Below are positions 41,790 to 57,301 of a stretch of 64,000 nt of DNA, piece after piece (position 1 is the first letter of the stretch; each line of letters starts with the position of its first letter). Source of the stretch: Octopus vulgaris (Eukaryota); assembly GCA_951406725.2 (NCBI GenBank), contig OX597816.1, forward strand, positions 116,870,001-116,934,000. The letters run 5' to 3'. Position numbers and translations under genes: made by a program. Below the pieces are notes generated by a model that saw nothing but the letters and a program-made list of their open reading frames with translations, did no database searches and had not been told where the DNA came from.

Positions 41790-42670
41790 GAATGGAGATG
41801 AACGACGAATTAACAAAATTCCTTTATTTTCGACATATGTTTCGAAGGCTGCATATTCCTAATTGCGAAGGAATAAGGCGTACATTATGCCGCTTTCTCA
41901 TCAGAAAAAGCAAGCAACTTATGTCAACATCAAAATGCACAAAAAACTTTTAGATGATTGCTCACACGGAGCCCATAGCGATAATGAGTGTCTCTTTAAA
42001 AAATCCTTTATAAGGAGTGACGTCAAAGTGGTTGAAAGTAGAAGAATCTAGAAGGTTCTAAAGGCTCAAGGGTTCAAACGAAGTTAGAGGAGAGAGGCAT
42101 AAGAATAGGAAGGTGAAAGGGTGCAGGTCATATGAATGGTGGATTTTGTTAATTTCTTTTGTGAATGAGTGCCTGTGTGTGTGACTGTATATAACTGCAT
42201 TAATGTGTGTGTGTGTATGCGTGATTGTGTATGTGGATGGGTAGATGTCAGAAAACAGACAGTGGTGAGGTGAGAGGTTTGTGTCTGTGTGTTTGATTGT
42301 GCTTACTATAGAAAGAGGGAAATAGAGAGAGAAAAAGAAAGAGGAGGGCGAGGTAGAGGGACTAAGGCAACAACCTCACTGGATTGGGTAGTAGTTCTTT
42401 GAAAGTATAAAAAAAATGTTATGACTATGGGGGTGACATATATAAAAAAAAGAAGTTATATTAATTAAAATTCAAGGGGTTATCTATATTAATCATTATT
42501 CATATGAGTGAAAGGTGTGTTTTTGCCAGTGCATGCACCCGTAGGACCTCTCGACGATTGTATTTATTAAAGGGACTTTGGCGAACAAAATATGAAAAAG
42601 TTCGGAATTACAGATGCCACAAAGTTTTCTGCCTTTATCAAACGGAAAGGAAAACACCAATTCTACAACA
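41790..42670 (-). mobile_element. Penelope-like element 3' end: GIY-YIG tail, 3' UTR and hammerhead
   Basis: Minus-strand FPFDKGRKLCGICNSELFHILFAKVPLINTIVERSYGCMHWQKHTF (about 42496-42648), then an HHR at 41827-41909. Confidence 0.8.
41827..41909 (-). ncRNA. Hammerhead with extended stem II
   Basis: TTTTT-CTGATGA-GAAAGC...GCCTTC-GAAACATATGTC-GAAAA. Canonical core, GUC triplet, palindromic stem III. Confidence 0.75.
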
Positions 42671-42673
42671 CAG

Positions 42674-42733
<60 letters not shown>

Positions 42734-42734
42734 A

Positions 42735-42931
42735 TTCGTTAGCTACTGCACGCATTTTTTTTCTCTCCTTCTTTGTGTGTTTTTTTCTCTCTGTGTATCT
42801 TTCTGTTGAAGAGCGTAGGCTCGAAACGTTAAAGACTTGTTTTATTTATATTTCCTGAGCGCCATACTAATACAATTGTTCGTTTGTTTTCCACCTGCCT
42901 TCGTCTTTTGTCTATTTTCATAAAGCTTCCC

Positions 42932-42978
<47 letters not shown>

Positions 42979-43179
42979 TAATCCAAACAAGAAAACACAG
43001 AAAAAAAGAGAAAAAAAACACAGCAACGCAGGACGTGGAACAATTAAAGTATTATTGACGCTCAGGAAAGAAGGGAAGGAGGGTTTAACGTTTCGAGCGG
43101 AGCTCTTCGTCGGAAACAAGGAGAAGGAAAGATCCCAAGGATGGAAGACAGAGGAGACAATATATATATATATATATAC

Positions 43180-43212
<33 letters not shown>

Positions 43213-43350
43213 AGTTGAACCGTTAATCTCTACACATTTATTCTCTGTGTTTTTTTTTTCCTTCTCCGTTTACTCTTTACTATTGAAGAACGAAGGCTCG
43301 AAACGTAAAAGACTTTTGCATTCTTCCCGAGCGTTAAACTGATACACCTG
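42735..43350. mobile_element. Cluster of three hammerhead modules (+,-,+) nested in (TA)n
   Basis: HHRs at 42798-42835 (+, CTGTTGA core), 43083-43117 (-, CCGACGA core, intact stems) and 43273-43313 (+, decayed). Confidence 0.75.
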
Positions 43351-43354
43351 CTTG

Positions 43355-44115
43355 TGTTGATCGGACTTGTCCGTGGTACGCGCAGAGTGACGAAAAACCG
43401 TTCTACACGCACTCGTTCAGTGTCCAGGCATTGCTGACTTGTGTGTTTATGCCGAACAGCTGTTGTCACGTGTGGGACGGATCTGTCAGTCGGCCGAATC
43501 TGTAGTGATGACTGCCCAGCCGCCCTCCTTCAATCGGGCAGGCAAGACAGTTTTCTTGTTCCTAGTAGTTGTGGCGAAAGAGGTTGTTTGGTGGACAAAA
43601 CTGAAAGGCTTGAGAACAGTTACATTCCTCTTTGGTAGAGCTGTCATTGACTTCTTCAAGTTTCACTTGAAGCGAAAATTGAGAGTGGAGAGAGAAGTGC
43701 TAGCCTCGAGTGAGTTTATTGAAAGGCGGGTGGTGAAAGTTGTGTAAATGGCAAGAGTAGATGGTACCTCTTTCAGTGTAGACCTGTAAATCGGAAAGAT
43801 GGAATTGGAGAGGGCACTTGCATTTGGTGTTCAGTGAAATTTCAAACAGAGGGTTCCTCGATTATCCCTAGAGGTCCTCCTGTGTCAGGAGGGCTACAAC
43901 TCTATCATCCTCCACCCCACCCCAGTTTTTTAAACTTTTGTATACTATGTATATGTCCCTTCTTTTTTAGTGTATACCGTGTAAAGATACCTTTTTTATT
44001 TTATTTTTCATCATTTCATTATATGCAACCCCTTCTCCCCCCCACACACACACACACTTTATGTCTGTCTTTCTATTGTCCTCCTCCTCCTTCGCGTTTG
44101 TAGCAAATAAATGAA
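43355..44115 (+). mobile_element. Tx1/L1-clade LINE 3' end
   Basis: TCPW...TVLHALVQC zinc knuckle, AKEVVWWTKL, pyrimidine-rich 3' UTR and aataaa. Confidence 0.65.
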
Positions 44116-44139
44116 ATCATTATTGTTATTTTATTGTCT

Positions 44140-45760
<1,621 letters not shown>

Positions 45761-46980
45761 GGTTTAGTATTTTTCTGTATCTGCAAGATTGTTACCGTTT
45801 GCACATCCAGTTTCAACTACCATCTTAGTACAGGCCCTACCTTATCTATGCTAGGGTTCCCAAGGCCCACGTGTGGGAAATAGCATCAGAAGGAGTGATG
45901 CAGAGACTCATATGGCTGTAAAGCTTATTTACTGAACAACAAAGACAAACCCGAAGATTGCAGGAAAAGAAAAAGTAATATGCTCAGATTGTTCTTTCAC
46001 TTCCTACAATCTATAAGCCACGTCTCTCTTTAAGCTGAAAAGCAGGGGAACGCCAAAGTCCTGCAAATACCCATTCGTTCTCATTCCCATTATTGATTGC
46101 AAGTACGTAGTACTCCTGCTGTTTCTTCTGGTATATTCTTACACTGCCAATGTGGAACATTCAGTCTCATCTAACCTTCCACATAATCAGCATTCCAGCT
46201 GGTTATTATCCTTCAGAGTAAAGTTCTGGTTATTTCTAATAGCTACAGCCTATTATTTTTGTCGGGATAAGTAACTTCGTATAGCCTTCGTAAGAGTCTA
46301 GTCCAATTTTACTGGTTTAAATATCACCTCGAGTTATACAAGGCCTCTTTTTCCATTCTACATAGGAATATATATTATGTGATATATGTAAGATTTCGAG
46401 CTATATAACCTACATGAAACAAACATCGAAGAAGTTGCAAGAACTGGTCAAAAGTATTGCAAGCTCTTCTGAATCCATTGCAATGTTGGAAACTGTTCTG
46501 TATCATCAGCGAGTGGGTATCACAAGCGTGATCTATGTGATCTATATGACCAATACTGATACGGGGCTAAACAACAACATTAATGTCCAAACTACCATAA
46601 CCAATAACACCTGTCAACCATGTCACCATAACCACCTCAAGTATTTGCATTCTATATGGTGTTACATTAATGACGGCTACCTTCAGTCATAATCATTAAG
46701 CGCGAACCAAACCATCGGATCTATACAAAGGAAGGAATTAAGCGCAGTGATCGGAAAGAAGAGACGAGGGAAGGAAACGGGTTGCATCGGCCGCTTGTCC
46801 ATTTAAGAAGCTATCTTCTTCACTCTCTCACAGGACTAGCCTGACTTTACCATTGACTCCCTTTTGATGCCCTTTCCTATTTCTCACATTATACAAATGC
46901 CATATCAAAATTTTGCTGCATTTCTGGATTTCTCACGTTACACTCTCCCCCTTTTTTCCATACATCTCTTTGGTCCTTTT

Positions 46981-47017
<37 letters not shown>

Positions 47018-47624
47018 CTTCTTCTGACTTTTCCTTACAATAGAAAAAGAGGAGTATAAAGAAGTGTAGCTTCTTCTGGTTCCTTGAAAAGTTATCATCA
47101 TCATCACCATTACATTTAGTGTAAGACATTTGAAACTATATATATATACAAACATATATATATAGATATATAGACAGAAAAGTGAAGGGGGAGAGAAAGA
47201 GCGAGAGAGGGGCAGACAGACAAATATGCTACATTGACATTGTATATATTGTATAGTATACAATATATCATATATATTATATATATATACTTAGATATTT
47301 AGATAAGTTTCGGCTGGAATTAGCCTAGGCCATGGCTAACTTAATAGCACCATCAGGAAAAGGCATTTAATGATGTTTCATATTATAGCCATTCTTTGAG
47401 CACATAGCCTCTTCGAGTAAAGAGTTATTATTTGCAGAAGTATGTCCAAGTGTAAGTGGTTTACTGGAATTTGTTGGAGATATTCGTCCAGAACCCGTTT
47501 GAATGTTATGAGAACGTTTTCTTCTCTTATGTGTCTTGGCATGATGTTAATGAGAGCAGGGCCAGCTGAGGAGAGATAGTTCTGTCTTAGTCTTGTGATG
47601 TGACGTCAGCATGATTTTTGTTCT

Positions 47625-47830
47625 TTTATTTACTTACTTGTTTCAGTCATTTCAATGCGGCTATGTTGGAGCACTGCCTTAAACGGTCGAAGAAATCGAC
47701 CTCAGGACTAATTTTTTGTAAGCCTAGTACTTATTTTATCAATCTCTTTTGCCGGACTGCTTAGTTACAGGGATGTAAACACATCAACATTGGTTATCAA
47801 GCGATGGGGGCGGCAAACACAGACACACAC
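47625..47830 (-). mobile_element. tRNA-SINE family A, 3' half
   Basis: cttgtttcagtcatttcaatgcggctatgttggagcactgcc. Confidence 0.8.
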
Positions 47831-47922
47831 GCACATGAATATATGCATAAATATATACATACGTGTATATATATGTATATACATATACATATATATATAT
47901 ACATATATATATACACATATAC

Positions 47923-47973
<51 letters not shown>

Positions 47974-48020
47974 ATATATCATATATCATATATGCGCCTA
48001 TCTGATGGATGGCTTCAGGG

Positions 48021-48073
<53 letters not shown>

Positions 48074-48876
48074 TAAAACCCATCCATCAGATGGGCGCAT
48101 ATATGAGCAACTGACCCTAGGATTCTGTATAATAACCCAAGTTACCAATCTCCCAGCCAAATGCAAAGTAAAAAGAAATAAGTCGAGTGCAAACAAATAC
48201 AGACAGAACGATAGACATTTAAAGAAAGAAATTATATAGAAGAAAAACTGAAGGAGAGAAACAAACTGAAAGAAAAACTGACTGAAAGAAAGAATTTGAA
48301 AGAAAATGGAATTTAACAAATGAAAGAGGTAAACGGAACGAAACAGAGACAGAGATTTTAAAAAGGAAACTGGAATAACGAGAGCATTTGCAAAAGAGAG
48401 ATAGAAACGGGAAGAAAGAAGGATCTGAAAGAAATAAGAAAAAGTAAAAAAAGAAAAAAAGGAAGTCGAGGAGCAAAAAGACGTGAAGTAAAAAAACGAG
48501 AAGAGGAAAGACAGCGAGAGAAAGACAAAGTGAAGGAAAAAGAAAGCGAAGAAAGATGGAGAGAGAAGGAAGGGAGGGGAGATAGAGAGAGGGAGAACGG
48601 CAAGAAGGCAGGAAGGAAGGCCATTTCCTAACCATGCATGACGATTTGCCAAACAACCCTGACAAAAGCTACACGCTTGTTATGCTAATGGAGATGGAAG
48701 CAAGAATCAGGAAATTTGCTGATAGATCCATTTGTACAAACACTTTCCCTACCATTAATGCTTTCTTACCATTTTTGCTGACTTTTTGTTGTATTCATTC
48801 TCCTTTTGCTTTTTCCTTTTTTTTTTTTTTCACCTAAGCAACGATTTTGTTGTCTATTTATTTTATCTATATGTGT

Positions 48877-48942
<66 letters not shown>

Positions 48943-49242
48943 CTTTGCTATTGAATATTCTATTCTTTAGGGTGTTTTCAGGGAAAAGAAGATGAAGAGA
49001 AAGAGAGAGAAAGAGAGTGAGAGAGAAAGCGACAGGAATGGAGAGGAATGCTTGAAAGCTTTTATTCGTTAAATTTTGTTAATTTTATTTTTCTATTAAT
49101 TACTTTGTTATATTTTATTATTTTCTTGATACGCACAGTATTGTATATACATACAGCATCACTGTATGTGTGTGTGTATGTGTGCGTGCGTGTGTGTGTG
49201 TATATTTATATATATATATATGTATGTATGTGCGTGTATATT

Positions 49243-49307
<65 letters not shown>

Positions 49308-49407
49308 AACATACACACGCACACGTGTATGTGTGTGTGTGTGTCTGAATGTCTTTGTATGGATAGATACAAATATATTTAAACATAATGTTCATATGTA
49401 TGTGTGC

Positions 49408-49448
<41 letters not shown>

Positions 49449-49564
49449 TATACATACATGCATACATTTACGTCTATAATATATAATGAATTTATAGAGA
49501 TATGTATATATAAAATAAATACATATGTGCATATGCATGTGTTTTTATATACGTATATATATAT

Positions 49565-49598
<34 letters not shown>

Positions 49599-49616
49599 TT
49601 ATATACATATATATAT

Positions 49617-49657
<41 letters not shown>

Positions 49658-50225
49658 TATATACATATATATATATATACATATATATATATACATATAT
49701 ATATATATACATATATATACATATATATATAATATATACACATAATACATATGTACAAACATATGTGTACCTGTTCCCATGTGTATGCATGCGCGTGTGT
49801 GTGCATGCGTGCGCGGGTATATGTGCATATGTATATCTGTATATAAAGTAAGTTGTTTTTTTTCATAATATATCAAATATTTATTCTATTTCGTCTTTTC
49901 ATTGGAAACTAATACTAATCAGTATTTTGGCTTATTTATTCTTTCATTTCGTTTTCTATCATTTTTTGGTTTTTTTAACTTTGGTTTCCCCATCACCACC
50001 TTCATCACAGAATATCACACTAGTCAATACTAACAGAAGTCGTTATCTGACAAAATAAAAAAATTTTTTAAAAGAAGTTTTGGATGGGGCAAAAATAATA
50101 TAAATAATATTTTCAACGTAGCTATTTTAGTAAGTTTCCCAGGATATTTTTTTGCTTTTTATTTTTTTGTCTTTTTGCTAAATATGAAAAGATATAAATC
50201 ATCCTATTCATCATCACCATATCGC

Positions 50226-50280
<55 letters not shown>

Positions 50281-50559
50281 TACCTGTGTCGTCATCATCG
50301 TTCACGTCGCCATTTTTGATATTCTGTGTCTCAGCCCAATCATCACCGTCATAAAAGTTATCATCATGGTCATTATTCTCATGAGCGACGTCGTCGTAGT
50401 CGTTGTAGTCGTCGTCGTCATCATCATCATTAGCAGCAGCAACACCAACATAATCGCCGACGTCATTGTCATTATCGTCTTCGCCTTTTTATTCTGTCAT
50501 TCACATTATCATCGATATATCAGTTTCATCTCCCAAGCTGATATATATGCACACACACA

Positions 50560-50784
50560 CACACATATGTAACTACATGGGGATTGTTGGCGATTTTTTT
50601 CCTCCGTCTTCCTTTTTTCTGGGACTTTCCTCTGTCTCCTATCACTGAAGAAGAGCTTTACCTGAAATGTAAAACACCCGTTCTTTCCTTCCCTGAGCGT
50701 CTTTTAATACTTTGCATGCATATACCACGTCCTCGCGTTGTTGTTGTTCTTTCTTGTTGCATTTTTCTTCGTTTATTTTTTCTA

Positions 50785-50790
<6 letters not shown>
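50560..50790 (+). mobile_element. Decayed hammerhead module abutting (TA)n
   Basis: CTGAAGAagagctttacctGAAAtgta...ccctgagcgtcttttaatac. Confidence 0.6.
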
Positions 50791-50862
<72 letters not shown>

Positions 50863-50885
50863 ATACCAAAATGTACTACGTCGCT

Positions 50886-51220
50886 ATATGTATATAAAAA
50901 AGAATACAAAAAATGGGACAAGAACGCAACAGGCGACAACAAAACATCCAAACAGTTGGATAATACAAAAAGGGACATGAAAAAACAAGGACGGGTCATT
51001 CGAAGTTTTCTTTCGTCAGTCGAGTTCCAGATTATCTTTGCAGTTTCAGGAGTATAACCAGCCGAAACTGCAAAGATAATCTGGAACTCGACTGACGAAA
51101 GAAAACTCTGAATGACACGTCCTTGTTTTTTCATGTCCCTTTTTGTATCATCCAACTGCCTGGATGTTTTTCAGTCGCCCGTTGCGTTCTTGTCCCATTT
51201 TTGCATTCTTTATATGTATA
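50886..51220. mobile_element. Foldback element (about 155-bp arms, 15-nt spacer) flanked by (TA)n
   Basis: ...gattatctttgcagtttc aggagtataaccagcc gaaactgcaaagataatc... The arms are reverse complements. Confidence 0.85.
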
Positions 51221-51222
51221 TA

Positions 51223-51316
<94 letters not shown>

Positions 51317-53489
51317 GTAAAGTATGACACGGGAGGACATGGAAAAACATACGAAAAACAAGAGAAAAGCATGCAAAGGACGTGGGACGGGCACTCACCC
51401 TCGTTAGGTAGCGCGAATACTTGACCAAAACTACCCATAAGAAGCACTTAACTACATTACGATAAGGGTTAGAGGACAATATAGAAATATGTGAAGTTAG
51501 AAGATTCACTAAATCTTGGTAATTAGTAAGTTTAATTACTCTGAGGAGTGAAAATGTCATAAGTGTCAGACATGAAAATTTGAGGAGTATTAAAGCGGGA
51601 TAATGACTGGTGGGAAAGAAATAGAAGTGAATTGGTTAAAAGGTGGCGTGGACATAAGAAATTAATGAAGTATGATTACAGTGAGCGAGCGCCGTAGCGA
51701 CTAAGGTGTTGGTTGCAAATAAAGACGAATGAGAGGTGGTTGTGTGTGAAGTACGACATGTGAAATGAATTACGTGGAGAGCGAGTCGTTTGACGTCATA
51801 CGTGATGTGAGTAATGGCTGGCTGTATAGTATGAGTTAATTGTTGCCGACCTACGAATTTCGATTGTACGTTTGTGTGTGTGTGAATACATCCTCATCAT
51901 CACTAAGTTCAAAAATGCATACCATCTGCGTTTATGCAGCTCAAAACCTAAATCCATATTTTATTCTAATTTTCAATCAAATGTAAAGGCTTTAAAAGCT
52001 TGGTCATTCTGGAGAACTGATCACCAATACAACCCAGTTTCATTTTCGTTACACACTCAAGAAATTAGTTTCATACTCATTTAACCTTCTTTTTTTCTCT
52101 ACCAATTGATTTACTTGGTCAGTGTGCTACTTGATTCAACATGGATTATTTTATTATTCATTTCATAGCGACTTCTAAATCACCATAAAAACCCCTCTGA
52201 TGTTTCGAAATTTTTGTCTATATACATACCTAGCTAAACAGCAGCAATTTGAACTTCTGCGTCACAGTTGCTGTTATTGCAAAATCGTAATGGAATGAAC
52301 TACTTCTTCGCTGCGCTCTCCAAGGTTTGTATCTTTTCAAGTATTATGCGCTTCCTTGCAGCAACAGATGATGATTCAAAATTTACATCAACGTTATATT
52401 TCAAAGAAACTAGCTTGGCGTACACCTTAAGCTATTTGCTTTACAAACTCTCACCACTGAAGCACCAGTTGCTCACTTTCTTGTAAGTTCTAGTTCTGGC
52501 TCACAATTTCCACTAGACTACCATTTTCTCTTGATATGAAATACAAAGCTGAAAGTTACCTAATCACTGAAATGTTAACAGAAGTTGCAGAGCAGCACAA
52601 GTTTTTGTGCGTTGGTGGTGGTGGTCATTGTGTTGGGGATGTTTTGGGGTGTGTACTATCAAATTTGGAGATATTATATTATGATACTTCAGGAACAAAC
52701 TTATTTACAAATTAGTTGTAGTTAATGAATTTTCAAAGAATGTATACGTACAGATTTTCACTGCAAAACGCAGTGTTTATTAATAGGGAGTTTGAAAACT
52801 ATTTAGAATGAGTAAGTCTTATATAAACTGGCTGAATATCGAGAGAACGAAGCAGGAAGAGGAAGTGTGAATGTATTTGAATACTGGGCGGTTTAAGAAA
52901 CTAGGAAGTTAGGGACAATGCAGCGAGTTAGAAAGAAAGAGTACATCTTCCAGAGAGTCTCATAAAAGTAAATAATAAATAGGATGTACGCTGGCCAAAT
53001 GTCGCCGGTTTGCAACCCTTATTTTTGTCATTTTCTTATTAGCACGACATTCCACCAAATCCATATCATAATACAACCAGTTGTGAAGTGCGCAGTGTTA
53101 TCTCAGAACCACTCCAGTAATCTTGCATAAAAGGGAAAAGAAAAAGTAGTTTGCTTTTAAGATCCCTTATAAATATTATTGTGTTACTTTGATAATTATG
53201 ATGAATTTACCAGCTTCGGTGGGTTTGTATAACATAGACTTCTAAAATACTAATACTCAGAGATTCTGTAACTGACGATCACTCTCTTAAGTCATTATCC
53301 GTTTTAGCGATATCTGTCATTTATATGTGATATGGTTCGAAGCGGAATAATATTGAATCAAATGTAACCGATATTAAAACCATATTGATATCTTCTTCCT
53401 TGTCATGTGTATGTATATATACATCGAGAGAACGAAGCAGGAAGAGGAAGTGTGAATGTATTTGAATACCGGGCGTATCAAAAAGTATC

Positions 53490-54352
53490 CGAGGTGTAGT
53501 CAAAAAGTATACGACCTTGATTTTTTTTTGGGGGGGGGTGCACAAAATAATAATGCATGAGCAAAATCTGCATGAGAATTAGGTAGCCGCGTCCTTCCTG
53601 AGCATGCACAAAACTTTTCGTGTTTGTAGCTTGCGCTATTCGCCCGCAATGATGCGTTGGGTACCGACGGGAAGAGTGTGCTGTGCGATTTTTCTTTTTG
53701 AGTCAACATGACCGAGCACATTGAGCAAAGATACTGTATCAAATTCTGCCAAAACATAGTGATGCACAAGCCCAGACTATCGAGAAGTTTCAGATGATGC
53801 TATAGGAAGAACACAGATGAAGGAGTGGAAGACCGGTTCAAAGATGACCACACCTCAATGGACAGTGAACCAGACAATCAACAAAGAATACCACCTGGGG
53901 GTTCTTCGTTGCCTTCATGAAACTGTGCGGCGAAAACGACCCGACCTGTGGGCAGCAAAGAACTGACAACTCCGCCATGACAACGCATCCGCTCACACCG
54001 CTCACGTCACCCAAGCATTCCTCGTCAAGTAAAACACAACACTTGTTCGTCAAGCTTCCTACTCCCAAGACTTGGCTTCCAGTGACTTTTGCCTATTCCC
54101 AGGGCTCAAAAAAAAAAACACTCAAAGGGAGATTTAAGTAAAGAGAGGGCATTGAAGAAAATTCGACTACATAGTTCTACAGTTTCCCAAAAAGTGATTT
54201 TCAGAAATGTTTCCAGCTGTAGCAGGAACGCTGGCAGAAGTGTGTAGACTCCCAGGGCGAATACTTTGAAGGAGGCTAAATCAAAATGGTAAGTTTTTTT
54301 TAATATTTCTTGTTTTTTGGTCAAAGCTCGGATACCTTTTGACTACACTTCG
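53490..54352 (+). mobile_element. Internally deleted mariner transposon
   Basis: MTEHIEQRYCIKFCQ, HDNASAH, PYSQDLASSDF, EYFEGG*. TIRs cgaggtgtagtcaaaaagtat / ataccttttgactacacttcg. Confidence 0.9.
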
Positions 54353-54366
54353 TGTATATATATGTG

Positions 54367-54413
<47 letters not shown>

Positions 54414-54448
54414 GTGTGTGCGTGTGTGTGTGTGTATGTATGTATGTA

Positions 54449-54492
<44 letters not shown>

Positions 54493-54520
54493 TAGATACA
54501 TACATACATACATACATACA

Positions 54521-54553
<33 letters not shown>

Positions 54554-55066
54554 TGATATGTGTGTATATATATATATAGTTGAAAGGGCGTTAAGAATCC
54601 ATACAAATCAAAGGTTGTTGGTAAAAAGTAAAAGTGGAAACTGAACGGAAGTATGTTCAAAGATCATTTTTACTTTTTTAATTTTTGTTCATTTGTGGTT
54701 GCTCTTAATTTTAAGAGTTCTATTTCCGTGTTTATTTTATTAAGAGACATTTGTTCCCGAACTTCGGTGGGTAGAGGTTATCCATTTCTCATAAATTCCA
54801 GCTTTGTTCATATTTTTTACCATAATGCAAAATGGGAATTTTTTGTTAAGTGTTTTTACCAAATATGTCCGATTTTACACTTAATGTGGTGTGAAGTTTC
54901 TTGTTCTGATTTACTGCTCCTTAATTTTTCCATGGTGTTGCATAATTGCTGTATATTGAAACGAGCTTCTTGATTGTTCTGTTGGCTTCGTTGTTGCCAT
55001 CATATGTAGGGTTGTATAGCTTGAGTGTGTGAGTGTATGTGTGTATGTGTGTGTGTGTGTGTGAGT

Positions 55067-55109
<43 letters not shown>

Positions 55110-55450
55110 TGTGTGGTTATGTCTAGGGAGAGTTATTACGCCAATATTATTAACACACGCACTTGTTCGATTCCACCTCTTTATTATTAATCGATTGTTT
55201 GTTTAATTTGGTTAAACAGTAAGACATTTGTTTTGTTTTGTTTGTCAAAGCTCTTTCGTTGCTACTTGCAATCTTTTCAATGACTATTGACTTAGTCAGC
55301 GGTGGTGCCCCAGCATGGCCGCGGCCTTCGGGCTAAAACATTTTTAAGGATTTAAGGATAGTCCGTTACGGAGGCTGCGTTTGTCTGCTTGAAATTCTTT
55401 TGGGTGAGTATGCGTGCTAGTATGCGGGTGTACTTGTGTATGTATGCATT

Positions 55451-55484
<34 letters not shown>

Positions 55485-55993
55485 TGTATGTATGTATGTA
55501 TGTATGTATGCATGCATGGATGCATGTATGTATGTATGTACGTACGTACGTTTGTATGTATGTATGTATGTATGTAATTATGTATGTATGTATGTGCTTG
55601 TCTGTCCGTACTACCTACGTACCTACCAACCTACCTACCTATTTCTCAACCTACATACTTAACTACTTATCTACCTACTTACCTACATAACTACCTATTA
55701 GCTTGCCTATCTTCCTACATATCTACCTACCTACATATAGATATATATTCATGTAAATATACATGTATACCTATATATATATCTGCCTTCGTCTTCTGTT
55801 TATTTTCGTAAACTTTGCCTTTATATATATACACACACAAACACACACATATATATATATACATACATATATATATACATATGTGTATGTGCGTGTGTTT
55901 TTGTATGTATGTATGTATGTATGTATGTATGTATGTATGTATGTATGTATGTATGTATGTATGTATGTATGTATGTATGTACGTATGTATGTA

Positions 55994-56230
55994 CAGTAAT
56001 CCCTCGACTATCGTGGGTGTTACGTTCCAAAACCTCCCGCGATAGGTGAAAATCTGTGAAGTAGAAACACTACTGTACTGTATATTTTTTTTAAATTATT
56101 TTTATAATTTGTATATATTTATTTTATTATAAATGCAAAACAACACCACAGAGGAATCAGCGTAAGCTTAAATAATAAACCGCGATAGGTGAAGCGCGAT
56201 AAATGAACCACGATATGCGAGAGATTACTG
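55994..56230. mobile_element. Tigger/pogo-type MITE
   Basis: TA|cagtaatccctcg ... cgagagattactg|TA: TIRs with a TA target duplication. Confidence 0.9.
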
Positions 56231-56504
56231 TATTTCAATAATTCAATAGGCATTCTTTAGTATAGTATGAAGTGTGAATAGGAATGATGAAAAAAGTGGT
56301 GGGTTACTTTATGATGACTTTATGATTATTCATAGTGGGGTACTAATAATTACCATACACAAGCGAATAAGGATAAAGGGACAAAACAGAAGCAATAAAC
56401 CCAAGAGATAAAAGAATAAATATCGAAGATAAGGGCAGCTTTGTGCGTGTATGTATGTAATTATATGTATGTATACATGGTTGCATATGCATATGTAAGT
56501 GTGT

Positions 56505-57168
56505 GTAACAACCGGTGTTGGTGTATTTACGTCCCCTTAACATAGCGTTTCGGCAAAAGTGAAAGCTAGAATTCATACCAGGCTTTTAAAAAAAGTACTG
56601 GGGTCGATTCCATCGACTAAAATTCTTCTGGAGGGTAGCCCAGCATGGTCGTAGTCTAATGATTGAAACAAGTAAAAGATTATATATATATATATATATA
56701 TTGGCACAAGCATTGCAGTGTTGTAACAGGCTTGCTTCCCAACGATGTGGTTTTGACCACATGATTTCGTGTTCACTCACCTCTGCGTGACACCTTGGGT
56801 AGTGTCTTCTACTATAGCGTAGGGCTGACCAAAGCTTTGAGAGTAGATTTGCTAGGCGAAAACTGAAAGAAGCCCGTTGTGAGTGTGTGTGTGTGTTTGT
56901 CTGTGTGTGTGTGCGCGTGTGTCTGTGTGTGCGTGCGTGTTTGTGCGTGTGTGCGTGTATGCATATGTATGTTGTCCCCTACCCCACCACTGGACAACCA
57001 CTTTTGGTCTTTTTACATCCCTCTAACTTAGCAGTTCAGCAAAAGAGACCGATAGAATACGAAATACAATATTTTAAAAGATATTAGTAGTCGTGTTGAT
57101 TTGTTCGACTAAAACCCCTCAAAGTGATTCTGCAAAATGGCCGCAACCCAATGAAGCAAGTAAAAGAT
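56505..57168 (+). mobile_element. tRNA-SINE family A: orphan tail plus full older copy
   Basis: Tail 56505-56680, head 56702-56880, tail 56975-57168. Confidence 0.75.
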
Positions 57169-57270
57169 TGCTAGGTAGCTATCTATCTATCTAGCTACAC
57201 AGACAGGCAGACAGACAGGCAGACAGACAGGTAGGCAGGCAGGCAGACAGACAAACAGTAAGATAGATAG

Positions 57271-57301
<31 letters not shown>

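Noticed and set aside
47972-48665. 226-aa Phe/Ser-rich membrane-like ORF
   Set aside because: Complement of a purine-rich low-complexity tract.
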